Assembly: GCA_003344405.1 (NCBI GenBank)
Contig: NOWV01000109.1
Coordinates: 234,022 to 254,021 of the forward strand
Length of the DNA: 20,000 nucleotides
Direction: 5' to 3'
Source of the DNA: Trichoplax sp. H2
Lineage: Eukaryota
Positions 1-11,039 of this stretch are shown in pieces. Made by a program: the position numbers and the translations under genes. Within the stretch, counting starts at the first letter, position 1. Every line of letters starts with the position of its first letter. The notes beneath the pieces are model-generated. The model was not told where the DNA came from, ran no database searches, and was given only the letters and a program-made list of their open reading frames with translations.

Positions 1-3000
1 GCCTAGGAGAATGTAATCATAAAATTTATCTTAGTTACTAATAAATGCTCGCAAATCTAGCTTTTGTAATAATTTGATGAAAGACAATTGATGAAAAAAT
101 TTGTCCTTAAATCAATATAGAATACCGAACACAATATTCAAATATTTACTTTAATCATTCTTATAGCTTCGATATAATCGATGCCATAGCGATTGTGTTC
201 CTCAACACCAGTGGCGATGGTTAAAATGTTAGGATCAAAGATGATATCATTTGGGTTATAACCAACTTCGTTAACAAGCAGGTTATAAGATCGCGTGCAG
301 ATCTCAACTTTGCGTTTAAAGTCAGATGCCTATTTCGAATCATTAAATCGAATCAAACGAATAAACGGAGCATTAATAACTGCGTCAGAACTCTATTTTA
401 AGTTGCTTTAAAATTTGAGATGGTTTATTTAAAAAACATTACTTGTCCCTGTTCATCGAATGCCATAACAACAACAGCTGCTCCAAATTTTTGCAAAATC
501 TTAGCCTTTTCAAAAAAACCGTCTTCTCCATCTTTCAAGCTTATGCTATTAACAATACACTTGCCTTGAGACGATTTTAATCCAGCTAGAATAATATCAA
601 AGTTTGACGAATCAATGCAGACTGGCACCTATAGGAGCAAATACACATAAGAGGATGTATTTTCAATTAAAATACTGAGAATAATCACTAGGATAAAGGA
701 TACACTAGCAGGAAGCATCGAAAGTGATTTGTTTGCCTACTTTAGCAATTTCCGGTTCTGAGCAAATAAGATTTAAAAATCTTCTCATACAGTCTACTCC
801 TTCCAAGAGACCATCGTCCATATTGATATCTAAAATTTGGGCGCCTAAATCAACCTGTGCTTTCGCAACAGATAATGCTTCCTAACGTAATAAAAAAAAA
901 TAGTTCATCCCTTTGTATAAATAACTATGAAATAGCTTAAGTCCATTGCCTTTATTGTATTATAATATATAAAAGTAGATGTTCTATTTAGTAAATGTAA
1001 TACAATATTACATCGAATTGTCCATTGGAGATTAATCTAGCAAAACGCTTTGATCCTGCAACGTTGCACCTCTCACCAATATTTGCGAACAATGAATCAG
1101 GTCTGATATACATTGGTTCTAACCCTGTGAATACACGTTTTACTTTTTTAAATACAGGAGAATATTTCAATAATACTTGCATAAAATATGGCAACTCGTT
1201 TATGCTAAATTTACCAGATAAAGTAAGAACATCTCGAAATAGAGTCTTTGGTAATTTTCTTGGAGCAAACGATTGAACTGATTTCGATATCTCCCTAAAA
1301 TAGTGATCATATTATTTAGTTACACATGTGATATTACCAAATAGGTTGCTCGCATGAGGATAAAAGTCATACCGAATGTGATCCGGCGTTGTACCACAGC
1401 AACCACCAACAATATTTACTAAACCATCTTTAGCAAATTCCTAATAAATTGATTGTGGGTTAGTTCGGTGTCCTTTGTCTTAAAAATGGGGAATACTCTG
1501 AATCACTATTTTAAGTTTATCTTACCGATAAATAACTTGCTGTAACTTCCGGCGTTTCGTCATAATTACCGAAAGCGTTTGGTAAGCCTTTATAAATGTA
1601 TATACAATATGCTTCAAATCCAATATCAACCATTTAAACTTTGTTAATAAATGATATCAAAAGCATTAACTTTACCTGCGTTAGGATAACAGCTAACATA
1701 GGTAGGTGTGACCAATCCTAGAGCCTCAATAAAGAATCTTATCTCCTTGGCTCCAAGGGCACAATTTAAGCCAAGACTACAAGTAAAATAATGAAACCGG
1801 AATAGTTTTACATATGCATATATACAAGTGATAAATGTCTGCTACACACTTATTTAATCATACCAAAATGGCTTTCTATGACTGACTGAAATAACAAATG
1901 CCTCCGTCGTTTGACCACTTAATGTGCGACCACTTTTGTCAACAATCGTTCCAGATACCTACGTCATAATTATTAATGCATATATTTGTCTATAATTATT
2001 GTGTAGCTTTCATATGAAGTTATTAACGTCTTAAATATAATTCATATCTGATAAAAATAGACATTATTCTATAGTGTATTGGATTATAAAGTAAAAAACT
2101 GGAAAACAAAGTTGGCTATTATATAATTTTATAAGAATACTTACAAATACCGGAACACGTCGATACCCGTTTTCAAATGCAGTATCTATAGCGTATATTG
2201 CCGCCTATCAAATGAAGATTAATGGTTTACTACTATAGGGTCTTATCTGTAACCAATACGTAACGAAAACGGCCTATGTAACCTTTGCGTTAGCAGTGTC
2301 AAAGATAGTCTCAACCATTAAAATATCAGCACCTCCGTCCAAAAGTCCACGAATGGCTTCCATATATGAGTCAGCCATTTCATCAAAAGCTATAAAACAA
2401 ACAGATTTGAACTATATTAGCTAATTATAATTAATTATTCAATCACAATAACTGTCTCGAATATCCTTTTAGGTCATTAGGAAAGAAAATTTAAAATTGC
2501 ATATAATTTTTACTTGTTGCTCTATAATCAGGCCTTTCAACCGAAGGCGATATTGATAAAGTTTTGTTTGTAGGTCCAAGTGCACCAATAACAAAACGGG
2601 GTATACCTAAGGTAAGTGAATTATACATAGTGACGCGATGAATTATTCCAATATCATAATAAGGATATAAAGTTGAAACAGAAGATAATCAACCTGTTTC
2701 ATCTGAGACAATTTGTGTAGCCTTTTTGGCAATTTTAGCAGCAGCTAAATTAATATCATAAGTTAAATGTTGAGTCTTATAGTCAGTTTGAGAAATAACA
2801 GTGCCATTGAAAGTATTGGTTTCTATAAAATCAGCTCCAGCATAGAGATAATCCTATAAAATAGAAAAAAAGGAATGGAATTGAGCAATATGTTGTTATC
2901 ACGATTGAAAGGGGCCTAAAATGGATAAAGTTACAACTTACTAACCAGATGGATGCCGTATATTATTTCTGGTTGGGTCAGACATAATATATCGTTATTG

Positions 3001-3924
3001 CCTTTCAAATCTTTACAGTGATCCTTCAATAAATCTCCTAAGAATATCAATGGTGTATCATCGTTATTCCATTCTTGTTGCTTGACATTGACGATGTTCA
3101 ATAGCATACGTACTGTACTTGGCAACTTGATAATGCTATACACTGTATATGTCTCATTTTTAATGTTTGGATACAATCGTTGATGCATGCACAAAAGAAT
3201 ATTTCAAGGAGTTGAAAGATTTACAATAGTCTGTAAGCTATCAAACGTGCATATTGCACATTTTGTTCCATTTTGAAACCTTAAAATTGAACTATTCTAC
3301 GCATTACAGGCCGATTATGGCATGACATTACGATTAAACTTAGGATTGGCTAAGAAATAGACATTTTTTTCATGGTTGCATAAATGTAATATTAATGAAT
3401 TATTAATTGATCTCGTTCTGCATCACTTTTGTATTCTAATTTGGCGTAACCAGAAAAGCAATTGTTTTTAAGAAATTGATGTCGTCATGAAAATGGTCTG
3501 CTTACCTCGGAATGTCTCTTCGTCCAGAAATTTTTCTTGAATCATGGTTCCCATGGCACCATCCATGATCATGATCCTCTGGTCGAGAATGTCAGTTAGC
3601 AGCTGTGTCAGCTCTGTCCGAGTAGGACACGCGTAGAATAAAATGGATTGGATTGGAGTTGATTACAAGATAGAAGACTATGTAAAGCTATGATCATTTG
3701 TATTGATACGATGAGTTTTTACAAATAATTACATGGCTATTTGGATTATGCTATGAATAAAGTATATTGCACTTGATATCGATAGTAATGATAGTGATTG
3801 TTTTCAGCTGCATTGGTTGTCATTTACAGTTGTTACCGCCTTTGCATAAGCGTACGTCTGGATTGCCAGCGGATTTACTGTATAGCCTACCTTCATATGC
3901 ATAAAACTTGATTTTCTCTGGCAT
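1..3924 (-). CDS. MTR: Cobalamin-dependent methionine synthase, 5' portion (homocysteine-binding domain and most of the pterin/folate-binding domain); continues past the left edge
   Basis: GT-AG exons with consistent phases, in transcript order: 3891-3924 (candidate first exon [11 protein letters not shown], less certain), 3506-3613, 2946-3037, 2694-2853, 2514-2606, 2283-2389, 2145-2204, 1864-1958, 1676-1776, 1526-1587, 1373-1440, 1215-1294, 1012-1124, 741-881, 443-628, 150-329, next exon starting at 2. About 560 codons. MetH/MTR motifs: [74 protein letters not shown], Zn-ligand GLNC and [76 protein letters not shown]. Confidence 0.97.
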
Positions 3925-4156
3925 TTTGGATTCGTATTGCGTCGAATTTGAACTTTAGGAAATTAGAATATGGTATAGAAATGTTAAAATGTCAGGCGAG
4001 CGAATGCATGGGCTTCCCTGTGTACAAAAGAAAAAGAAGAAACTACATGTTGAATGATGATGTCAATAACACTGCCCCATTTAGTATCTATATCAGCAGA
4101 TATTCCTCATTGAACGATGATCAAAGCTATCAAGTCCATCCTTCATTTTGACTTAC

Positions 4157-4300
4157 TTTGAACTGCTGTAACCCATAAGTATGGCAATCTAGGTCGTCTA
4201 AATCAATCCATGCCACCAAGCTGAGCGTGGAAATTGTCTCAATTTCAATGGCGAGAGAGTGATCGGATCCGATCGTTGAAATGATGACAGTAGTGACGGA
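4157..4300 (-). other. Candidate non-coding 5' UTR exon / transcription start region of MTR
   Basis: Consensus donor AAA|GTAAGT on the minus strand (intron begins at 4156) just upstream of the MTR start, in somewhat more GC-rich sequence. The 5' boundary is a guess. Confidence 0.3.
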
Positions 4301-4307
4301 TTGCGGT

Positions 4308-4460
4308 ATAGTACCGTACCAGTGTTGTACACTGTACAGTACAGTATTAGATCAGACCTTTACATGGAACATTTTTCACCTCCCCTTTCTCCTTTGAGTC
4401 CGGTACAGTATTTTGTACTGTAACTCAGTAACAACTACAGTACGTACTGTAGTGGACTGG
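4308..4460. repeat. TACTG/CAGTA low-complexity palindromic cluster
   Basis: Many GTAC/TACTG/CAGTA units; perfect 20-bp palindrome ACTACAGTACGTACTGTAGT at 4434-4453; TACAGTA-ttttg-TACTGTA hairpin at about 4404-4422. Confidence 0.75.
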
Positions 4461-4656
4461 ACATTTTACAATGAACAGTATGAGTAGCGTAATTCGATCA
4501 AGATGTACAGTATCAAAAGTGCACCTCGCTAGCTACTTATATTCCTCTAAAGTAGAGCAATTTTACGTTAATTTCAGTCCCCTTTTTTCCCTTTTTATGA
4601 GTCTGAAAAGAAAATAAAACACATCCTGTACAGCAGGGACCAACTGTGCTTATACC

Positions 4657-4966
4657 ATTTACTTTGCATTCATTAAAACTAGTTATGACTGACTGGTTAG
4701 GATCTAAGCTACAGCTCAAACAAGTTCTGACTGGAAATAGTAAATAAATAATCGAATGCAACGTGGCACCGATCGAAACGCTTCTTAACCGCCATAGTAA
4801 GAGTTTATCTTTGATTTACTTTGCATTCATCAAAGCTAGTTATGACTGACTGGTTAGGATCCAAGCTGCAGCTCAAACAAGTTCAGACTGGAAATAATAA
4901 ATAAATAATCGAATGCAACGTGGCACCGATCGAAACGCTTCTTAACCGCCAGACTAAGAGTTTATC
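4657..4966. repeat. Direct tandem duplication, two copies, period 157 bp
   Basis: Copy 1 4657-4809 and copy 2 4814-4966 align without gaps; 8 substitutions counted by eye in 153 bp (~95% identity). Confidence 0.95.
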
Positions 4967-5128
4967 AACTGCCATGTCAGCAGTATTGTCGAGCATGCGT
5001 ACGCTACAGATTGGCTAATGAATTCGCAAATTGATGGCACTTAAAATAGCATCGATAATAAACCTTCTCATTTTCCAATGTCTCCAAAATGGTGGATAAT
5101 CGTGTATCTCCATATTTCTACCAGCAAT

Positions 5129-6110
5129 GAAATTAGACTGTTGTCAATCTCCTTAAAGGATGTGCAAAAAATAGCTCATAGTGTGACAATACCGTCTGTA
5201 TTGACATAATCGCCAATTCGTAATGAATGGATAAGCTTTTAAGTTTCAACCTCCAAGGTTCGCAATCCACGAACTCAAAAATTGAAGGAATCGTTCAAAT
5301 TCAGCAAATCTCCAATGTGTCACATAATCCTGCAATGACTTCATTAATAAGCACCAACGACTATTCTACTTCACATGCTGATTGCTTTATATTACCATTC
5401 AATTTTTAAACACACCATTATTGCAATGAGCTAAAATCACAATATCTTTGCATTATATTGTAGGTGTACACTGTACAAAGAAATAGATCGTTGTAAACCT
5501 CAAAGAATGCTCAAAAATACTTCATACTCGTATAGGTCAAGAAATAATGCAATGCTGTCAATCTTCTCAAAGAAGATGCAAAAGAAAAAAACAGTTTATA
5601 CTGTAGCCCTATATATCTACGTTATCATACTGCATGTGGAAAGAAATAACACAATGTTGTCCATCTTCCAAAAAGAATGTGCTAAAACAGTTATAGTAAT
5701 GGTGTATATATGTATGTTACTAGTGTCAAGAAATAGTAAAATATTGTCAATCTCCTCAAGGAATGCGCAAAAATAGTATATAGTAACAAATATATATCTA
5801 CATAATCATATGTACAAAGAAATGACAAAATATTATAAATCTTCTCAAAGGATGTGCAACATGGCTAATAGTCATATACGACTATATCTATACGCGTACG
5901 CTACTATATACCAACAAAAAGCAAAATAGGGTAAACCTTCAGAGAACGTGTAAAAAATACGATGTTCAGGGTAATGCGTATATCTCGGCATGACTATATA
6001 TACGGTACTGAGAAATAGTAGAATAACGAAAATCTCCTCAAAGAATAAGTATAATATACTTCATGGAAATATATCCAGATGCTGCTATGTGCAAAGGAAT
6101 AGAAAAAGTT
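5129..6110. repeat. Degenerate tandem repeat array, ~90-bp unit, at least 7 adjacent copies plus one detached copy
   Basis: Recurring core of roughly AAGAAATA..AAAATRTTGTCAATCTYCTCAAAGAATGTGCAAAAATA, anchored near 5141 (detached), 5491, 5555, 5657, 5744, 5833, 5929 and 6026. Spacings 64, 102, 87, 89, 96, 97 bp. Linkers often share a TATATCT-like motif. Confidence 0.8.
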
Positions 6111-6902
6111 ACACCAGTAGTATCACCATGATGGCTAAGGTTATTCCATAATTTATGGGGAATATTTTAGTGTTATTTACTATATTAACTACAAGTCAAC
6201 GGGCGGCTTACTGTTAGTGAATGAAATATTAGCTGCAGTTATAAAACAACGTAGTTATTAGCCCTAGCCATCGATCATAATAGCCAAGAAAACATAGGAG
6301 ATTATACCGTGCTGTCGTAAGCTAGCCATAAAGCTAACAAGGCTAGAATATAACAGTTGTTTAGACATGAAAATTAGGCTGAATGACCTCCGAGATGAGG
6401 CTGCATTTATTTTTATTAAAGTACTAACGGTTAAGAAAAATCAATTGATTACCATGTGTATCGTACAGAAAACGAATCACTTACGTGTGCATATGTTATA
6501 TATATATATACAAAATTCAATTTTGCAGCGTTTTATCAGATATATCAGTTAGCTGAGAACAAATCGATCTTAACATTTGAAGCATTACTCAATATAATTC
6601 AGTTCTTACAAGATACACAGATGATATACTACTTGCGATCCAGAATTATCAAATGAGTGATGCTGTAATTTCTATGTAGATAGGCTGAAGGATATATACC
6701 TTCATCCAATATTACTGGTATTGGTGATTACATTAAGGCACAAGTATCAAGAAGAACAAGAGTAATACACGCTAATTTATAAAACTATTACCGATAATAA
6801 TTTCTATTATTACAATGAATATTTTCATTTCATGTTTAAATAATTAAAATTATGGATAAAAATCTGTAGCATGTTTTAGTTAGTAAGAATAAGATTATAA
6901 AA

Positions 6903-8725
6903 TTACGAAGGCAATTCCGGTGGAAGATAAGTCGAAAAAAATTCTGAAGCAAAAGCACATGGATCGTCTGGCTTTTTTAACAACAAGAATTGAAGAAAAT
7001 CAGCAAGAATAGCCTTAATCTCAGGATGACGGCCCAAATACGTCATTCTTTGTGCTTCCAGTTCCTCCTAAATATCGAAGAAGAAAAAATTTACCACATG
7101 TAAGATCTTGTAATGCGTGTTCAATTTCAAGACAAAAATGAATTTTAGTGCTATAACTACTAGAATCAGAATTTTTAAACATACCTTACGATCCAAATAT
7201 TGAGAATAAAACTGCATATCATCTTGCCATTTATACTCCAGCAACTTGCGTTCCTTTGGAAGCAGTACTGGCGTTGGTTGTATGTTAACTTTGATAACGA
7301 TTGTAGAACCTACTTGTTCTCTACTAAACATATGACTGTGATAAAATTACAATTAAAATAATTAGTACCTCATAAAATAAATCATTATAATGTTGTATTC
7401 AACACATTCAACTATTCTAAATTACCCATCTGGAAAGAAATAGACATTCCAAGATATTGGCCTTTCATTCTCAACAGTTAATGTCTTCGTAATGCCCTTT
7501 AGTTGTACGGTGTTTGAATTAATCGTATCTTCTTTCTCATGTAATTTCATCTAAGTTTGCAAATACAATTTTAAGTATTTATGCGATTCGAAATAGTCCA
7601 TAAAGGTATCAAGAAATAATATCGTACGTAGGTTAAATGACACAGTCGACAATCGGCATTTAGGGTTATAAATTGCAGCCCGATAATATCCTCCAGTTCA
7701 TCATTTTGAACAAATTGCCGTTGTATCAATATGCTAGCAGCTATTAATGGAATAAAAGCTTAAGATTAAAGACTTTTTTAATTAGATAAATACTCGTCGC
7801 ACTATTAATTATATAATATCTACTCAATAAAATTTTAACAAAGCTGTTAAATCTCGATAATGTTATTATTTAGTAAGCTATAATGTTTAAAGATAATTAT
7901 TATCGCTCAATTTTTACCCTCTGAAATGAATCCCTTCATTAAATCGTGGGGAATAATATAAGTCTTCCTTTCAATAGCCTACGAAATTTTGAATTACATT
8001 CATGTAGAGTAAAATTATTACCAGTGATAAAATTTTTAACCAATAAATCCCATCTTCTGCTTACATCTCCTATTGCCACAAATTTACGCAAAATATATTC
8101 ATCGCCATGTAGGGTAAGAAATGCTCTCCTATCGATTGGCTTATTCGGTATCTAAATGCATAATTTATAAATTTTATTATAGAACTTCATTAAGAACCTT
8201 GAAAAGATTATATAGATAAAATCATAATTTATTTTACCTTTATGTACTCTACTGTTTGCTGTTCCAAAGTTTCCATCGATAGCGAAACGTATCCTGTTAT
8301 CGTTGTTCCCATTTGAATGCCATCAACTGCACCTTTACTTGATACATGAACTAAATAGCATTCTTCGCCTCGGCGTGTAGTCAACTCCACTGATACATTA
8401 CTTTCGCCCGAGTACTATTAGAAATATTTGTAACAGCGATTTAGCATTATTGCTTAATACAGTGGAGGTAACCAGTAGTATTATCTATCATAAGCATAAA
8501 TCATTGCCTTTAATATGCTCTAATTTACCTTTCCATTCGACAACATGACCATAGTATCCGAAAATAAAAAAGATTCTTCATGATATCTGCTGACTAGATT
8601 GGCATTAAAATGACAATTAAAAATTTTCAGCTTTACAAGATAGCAAAAATGAAGGGAGTGAACGTTACTTACTTTTAGATGCTAGGTATTTTAAGGCAGC
8701 ACTATTGGCTTTTGGATAATCACCG
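6903..8725 (-). CDS. CATIP: Ciliogenesis-associated TTC17-interacting protein (C2orf62) homolog; first coding exon not firmly resolved
   Basis: Phase-consistent GT-AG exons 8673-8725, 8529-8593, 8238-8414, 8065-8151, 7918-7978, 7628-7740, 7426-7550, 7185-7335, 6903-7067 (TAA). Translation has PKANSAALKYLAS, FLFSDTMVM, CYLVHVSSKG, GYVSLSMETLEQ, KGFISEAA, FITLNADCRLCHLTY, DGHMFSREQVGS, WQDDMQFYSQYLDRKEEL, YLGRHPEIKAILADFLQFLLLKKPDDPCAFASEFF. These are collinear with human CATIP as I recall it (KGFISEAAN, WEEDMELYSKFLDRKEEL, HPEAHALISDFL). Candidate first exon 9463-9479 (ATG ATA AAA TCA TCT TG|gt) has the needed phase 2 and would give 337 aa. Confidence 0.92.
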
Positions 8726-11039
8726 CTAAATTAGCCAGAAAGATGATCAATGGTCATTTAATTAAAATAGACTAATAGCAGCAGATATATGATAATCATA
8801 AATCGTTGAATTTATACGCAAATATAATTACTAGTAATATATTTAGGTTTGGGAAATTGATCAATATGCATTCATTTGATTCAGTTATGTTAAATTATTG
8901 CTTACTTATTCTATTGAAGATAAATGTACTGTATAAATTTCATGAAAATATATGAAACCGTGTACACTCCAAGGTGTTAAGATCGAAATTGCTAAAAATT
9001 GAATCTCCTATATGAATATGTATTTTCATAGGAGAAAGAATATACTGTAATCGCCTTTATAATTTCTATCAAATCTATAGAAGCCTAAAGTTTTTACTAG
9101 AAATACCATCAGGCTACTCATACATTCTAATACAATCGTTTCTAACTCATTTACTTAGCAACAAATGAGATTTTTAAACGCTATTCATTTCTAAATGTTT
9201 AAAAGTGGATAATTGATCCGACGGCATTCGCAATCGAATCAGAATTGCGATATAACGTTATCGTATCATATTAGAAGCAGACAAAAATGAAAAGATTTTA
9301 GCATTGCGGAGCGGCTATATCACGTATCTGACCTGTCTGTTATCCTAATCCTGATTCTTTTCATGCTTACAGTTAATAATAACAAATCTTTATTGCTATA
9401 AATACTGGAGTATAAACGACAACTACTGGAATTATTTCTTGGTGTTGCGTTGTAGACTTTACCAAGATGATTTTATCATCACTACTTCACTTAACTGTTT
9501 CCGCGTCTTATATACTGCATCTTTTTTAAGTTGTGTACAGGTAAACAGAGGAATAGGAACCCCATACCGATAGGAAAATTTGATCACAGCATGAGGCACC
9601 ATTATTAGTCCGATCTTAATGTCGTATTATCGGTACTGACCGGTTTATTACTATCTACTCAGCTTATAAATATAAAGATGTTGGCGTCGAAATGGGATTG
9701 CCGTCTAACATGACTGCTAGTATATTAAAGATGCAATCATTGTATCATTGCAGCATTTTATATCAACATGAATCGATACGATCATGATTGACTACTACAG
9801 TACTATAGCACTAAAATAGCCCACGTCGATTTGGTAAATACTGTTGTACTGTACTAGTCTGGTGCAGAATGGATATACAATTAACATGATGATCGATGAG
9901 ATTATATCGTCAAACGTGATAGTCTGATCTTAAATTTTATGATTCAGCTTAAGAAATGGCGCAGTTATACACATTAAATCAATCTTTCTAACCTTATTTC
10001 AATTCCAGTTGCGTCTTCCATTGCATTCGTTGCTGGATAATGACAGTTAATTATGTTTCCAAGGTAACCACAGTAGGGCTCTGCGTCCGTCGTTCTGTCG
10101 ATCCTAGTTAGCAGGGCTTGATTTCCTTCCGTTAGTAAAATTTCTTCTTCCATAGTCGGCATAGCTATACTACGCAATCATCCAATAGGGCACACTATAT
10201 TGACTGGCCATTTCCATGTAGGAATCTTGTCCATCTTCAGCCACGACTGTAGTGGTTCAATATGGTACTAAATCCATTCTAAGAGGCTCATACAAATTAC
10301 TACAAGTATAACCAAGGACTTGCTAGTAAGAGATGCAGAGCCATTTTAACACATGGGTTTCTATACGGGTCTAGGACGTTGTTTACATTCAACGATTGAT
10401 TTGCTGATCAAGGAGCTAGCAAAAGAAAATAATCTAAATATTACATCACTGGCGATTAAACTTGCTGTAGAAGACCCTAATTAACACTTTTACTTACTCC
10501 AATTTCAATTGGGAGAACAAGAATCAATATCCGTCCTGTACTATATAGTTTATTTGTATATGGTGGTGCACTCACTACGCTGTATTAATTAATTAATAAA
10601 ATCTCGACATTGGGTGGAACTGGTTGGTCAAGCCTTTCCAGAATAGTTACTACTCGAGTCAAGTTGCATTGAATATTACTCATAGTTTTGTAGTAGAAGT
10701 ATACGCGTAACATTTTGACATAGAATTTTCCCTTTCAAATCTTGTTCTTGGATTAATATGTAGCGATCGATTACTTTCGTAATTGCAGTGTACCCAATCA
10801 CATAAATATTTCATGCTATGATGATTCACCTCGTTGGATTCTTGCTGCTCACGTCTCCATGATGCAAGCGTAATCCTTGATATATGCTACAGTAGTTCTA
10901 AAAAGCAGATTGAAAAATTTAATTGGACCAACTTTACCATATATAGCAATCATATTACTTTGCAATTACAGGAGGTGGCACTCTTATTGCGAGAGATACG
11001 TTGTACTATCTGAAACCTCAAATTACTAACTCAATCACC

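Noticed and set aside
1025..1276. 83-aa plus-strand ORF
   Set aside because: Antisense shadow of MTR exons.
4679..4735. Box C/D snoRNA (ATGACTGA...CTGA with a short terminal stem) in the duplicated unit
   Set aside because: Non-consensus C box, only ~55 nt long, and the D box is lost (CAGA) in copy 2.
4762..4795. tRNA/SINE-like boxes (TGGCACCG; CGATCGAAACG like the initiator tRNA T-loop)
   Set aside because: No cloverleaf, a T-stem of only 2 bp, and the boxes are too close for a Pol III promoter.
5227..5409. 60-aa ORF starting MDKLLSFNLQG, faintly like a LINE endonuclease N-terminus
   Set aside because: No further EEP motifs follow; too short to support a call.
5470..6060. CRISPR-like repeat-spacer array
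   Set aside because: Repeats are strongly degenerate, spacing varies from 64 to 102 bp, linkers resemble each other, no cas genes are present and the context is eukaryotic.
6367..6656. Two overlapping short plus-strand ORFs
   Set aside because: They span a (TA)n microsatellite in AT-rich intergenic DNA and show no protein features.
7946..8155. 69-aa plus-strand ORF
   Set aside because: Antisense shadow of CATIP exons.
10178..10180. In-frame TGA after CPIG upstream of the minus-strand 67-aa ORF, as possible selenocysteine
   Set aside because: No selenoprotein family similarity, no SECIS recognised, and another stop lies upstream in the same frame.
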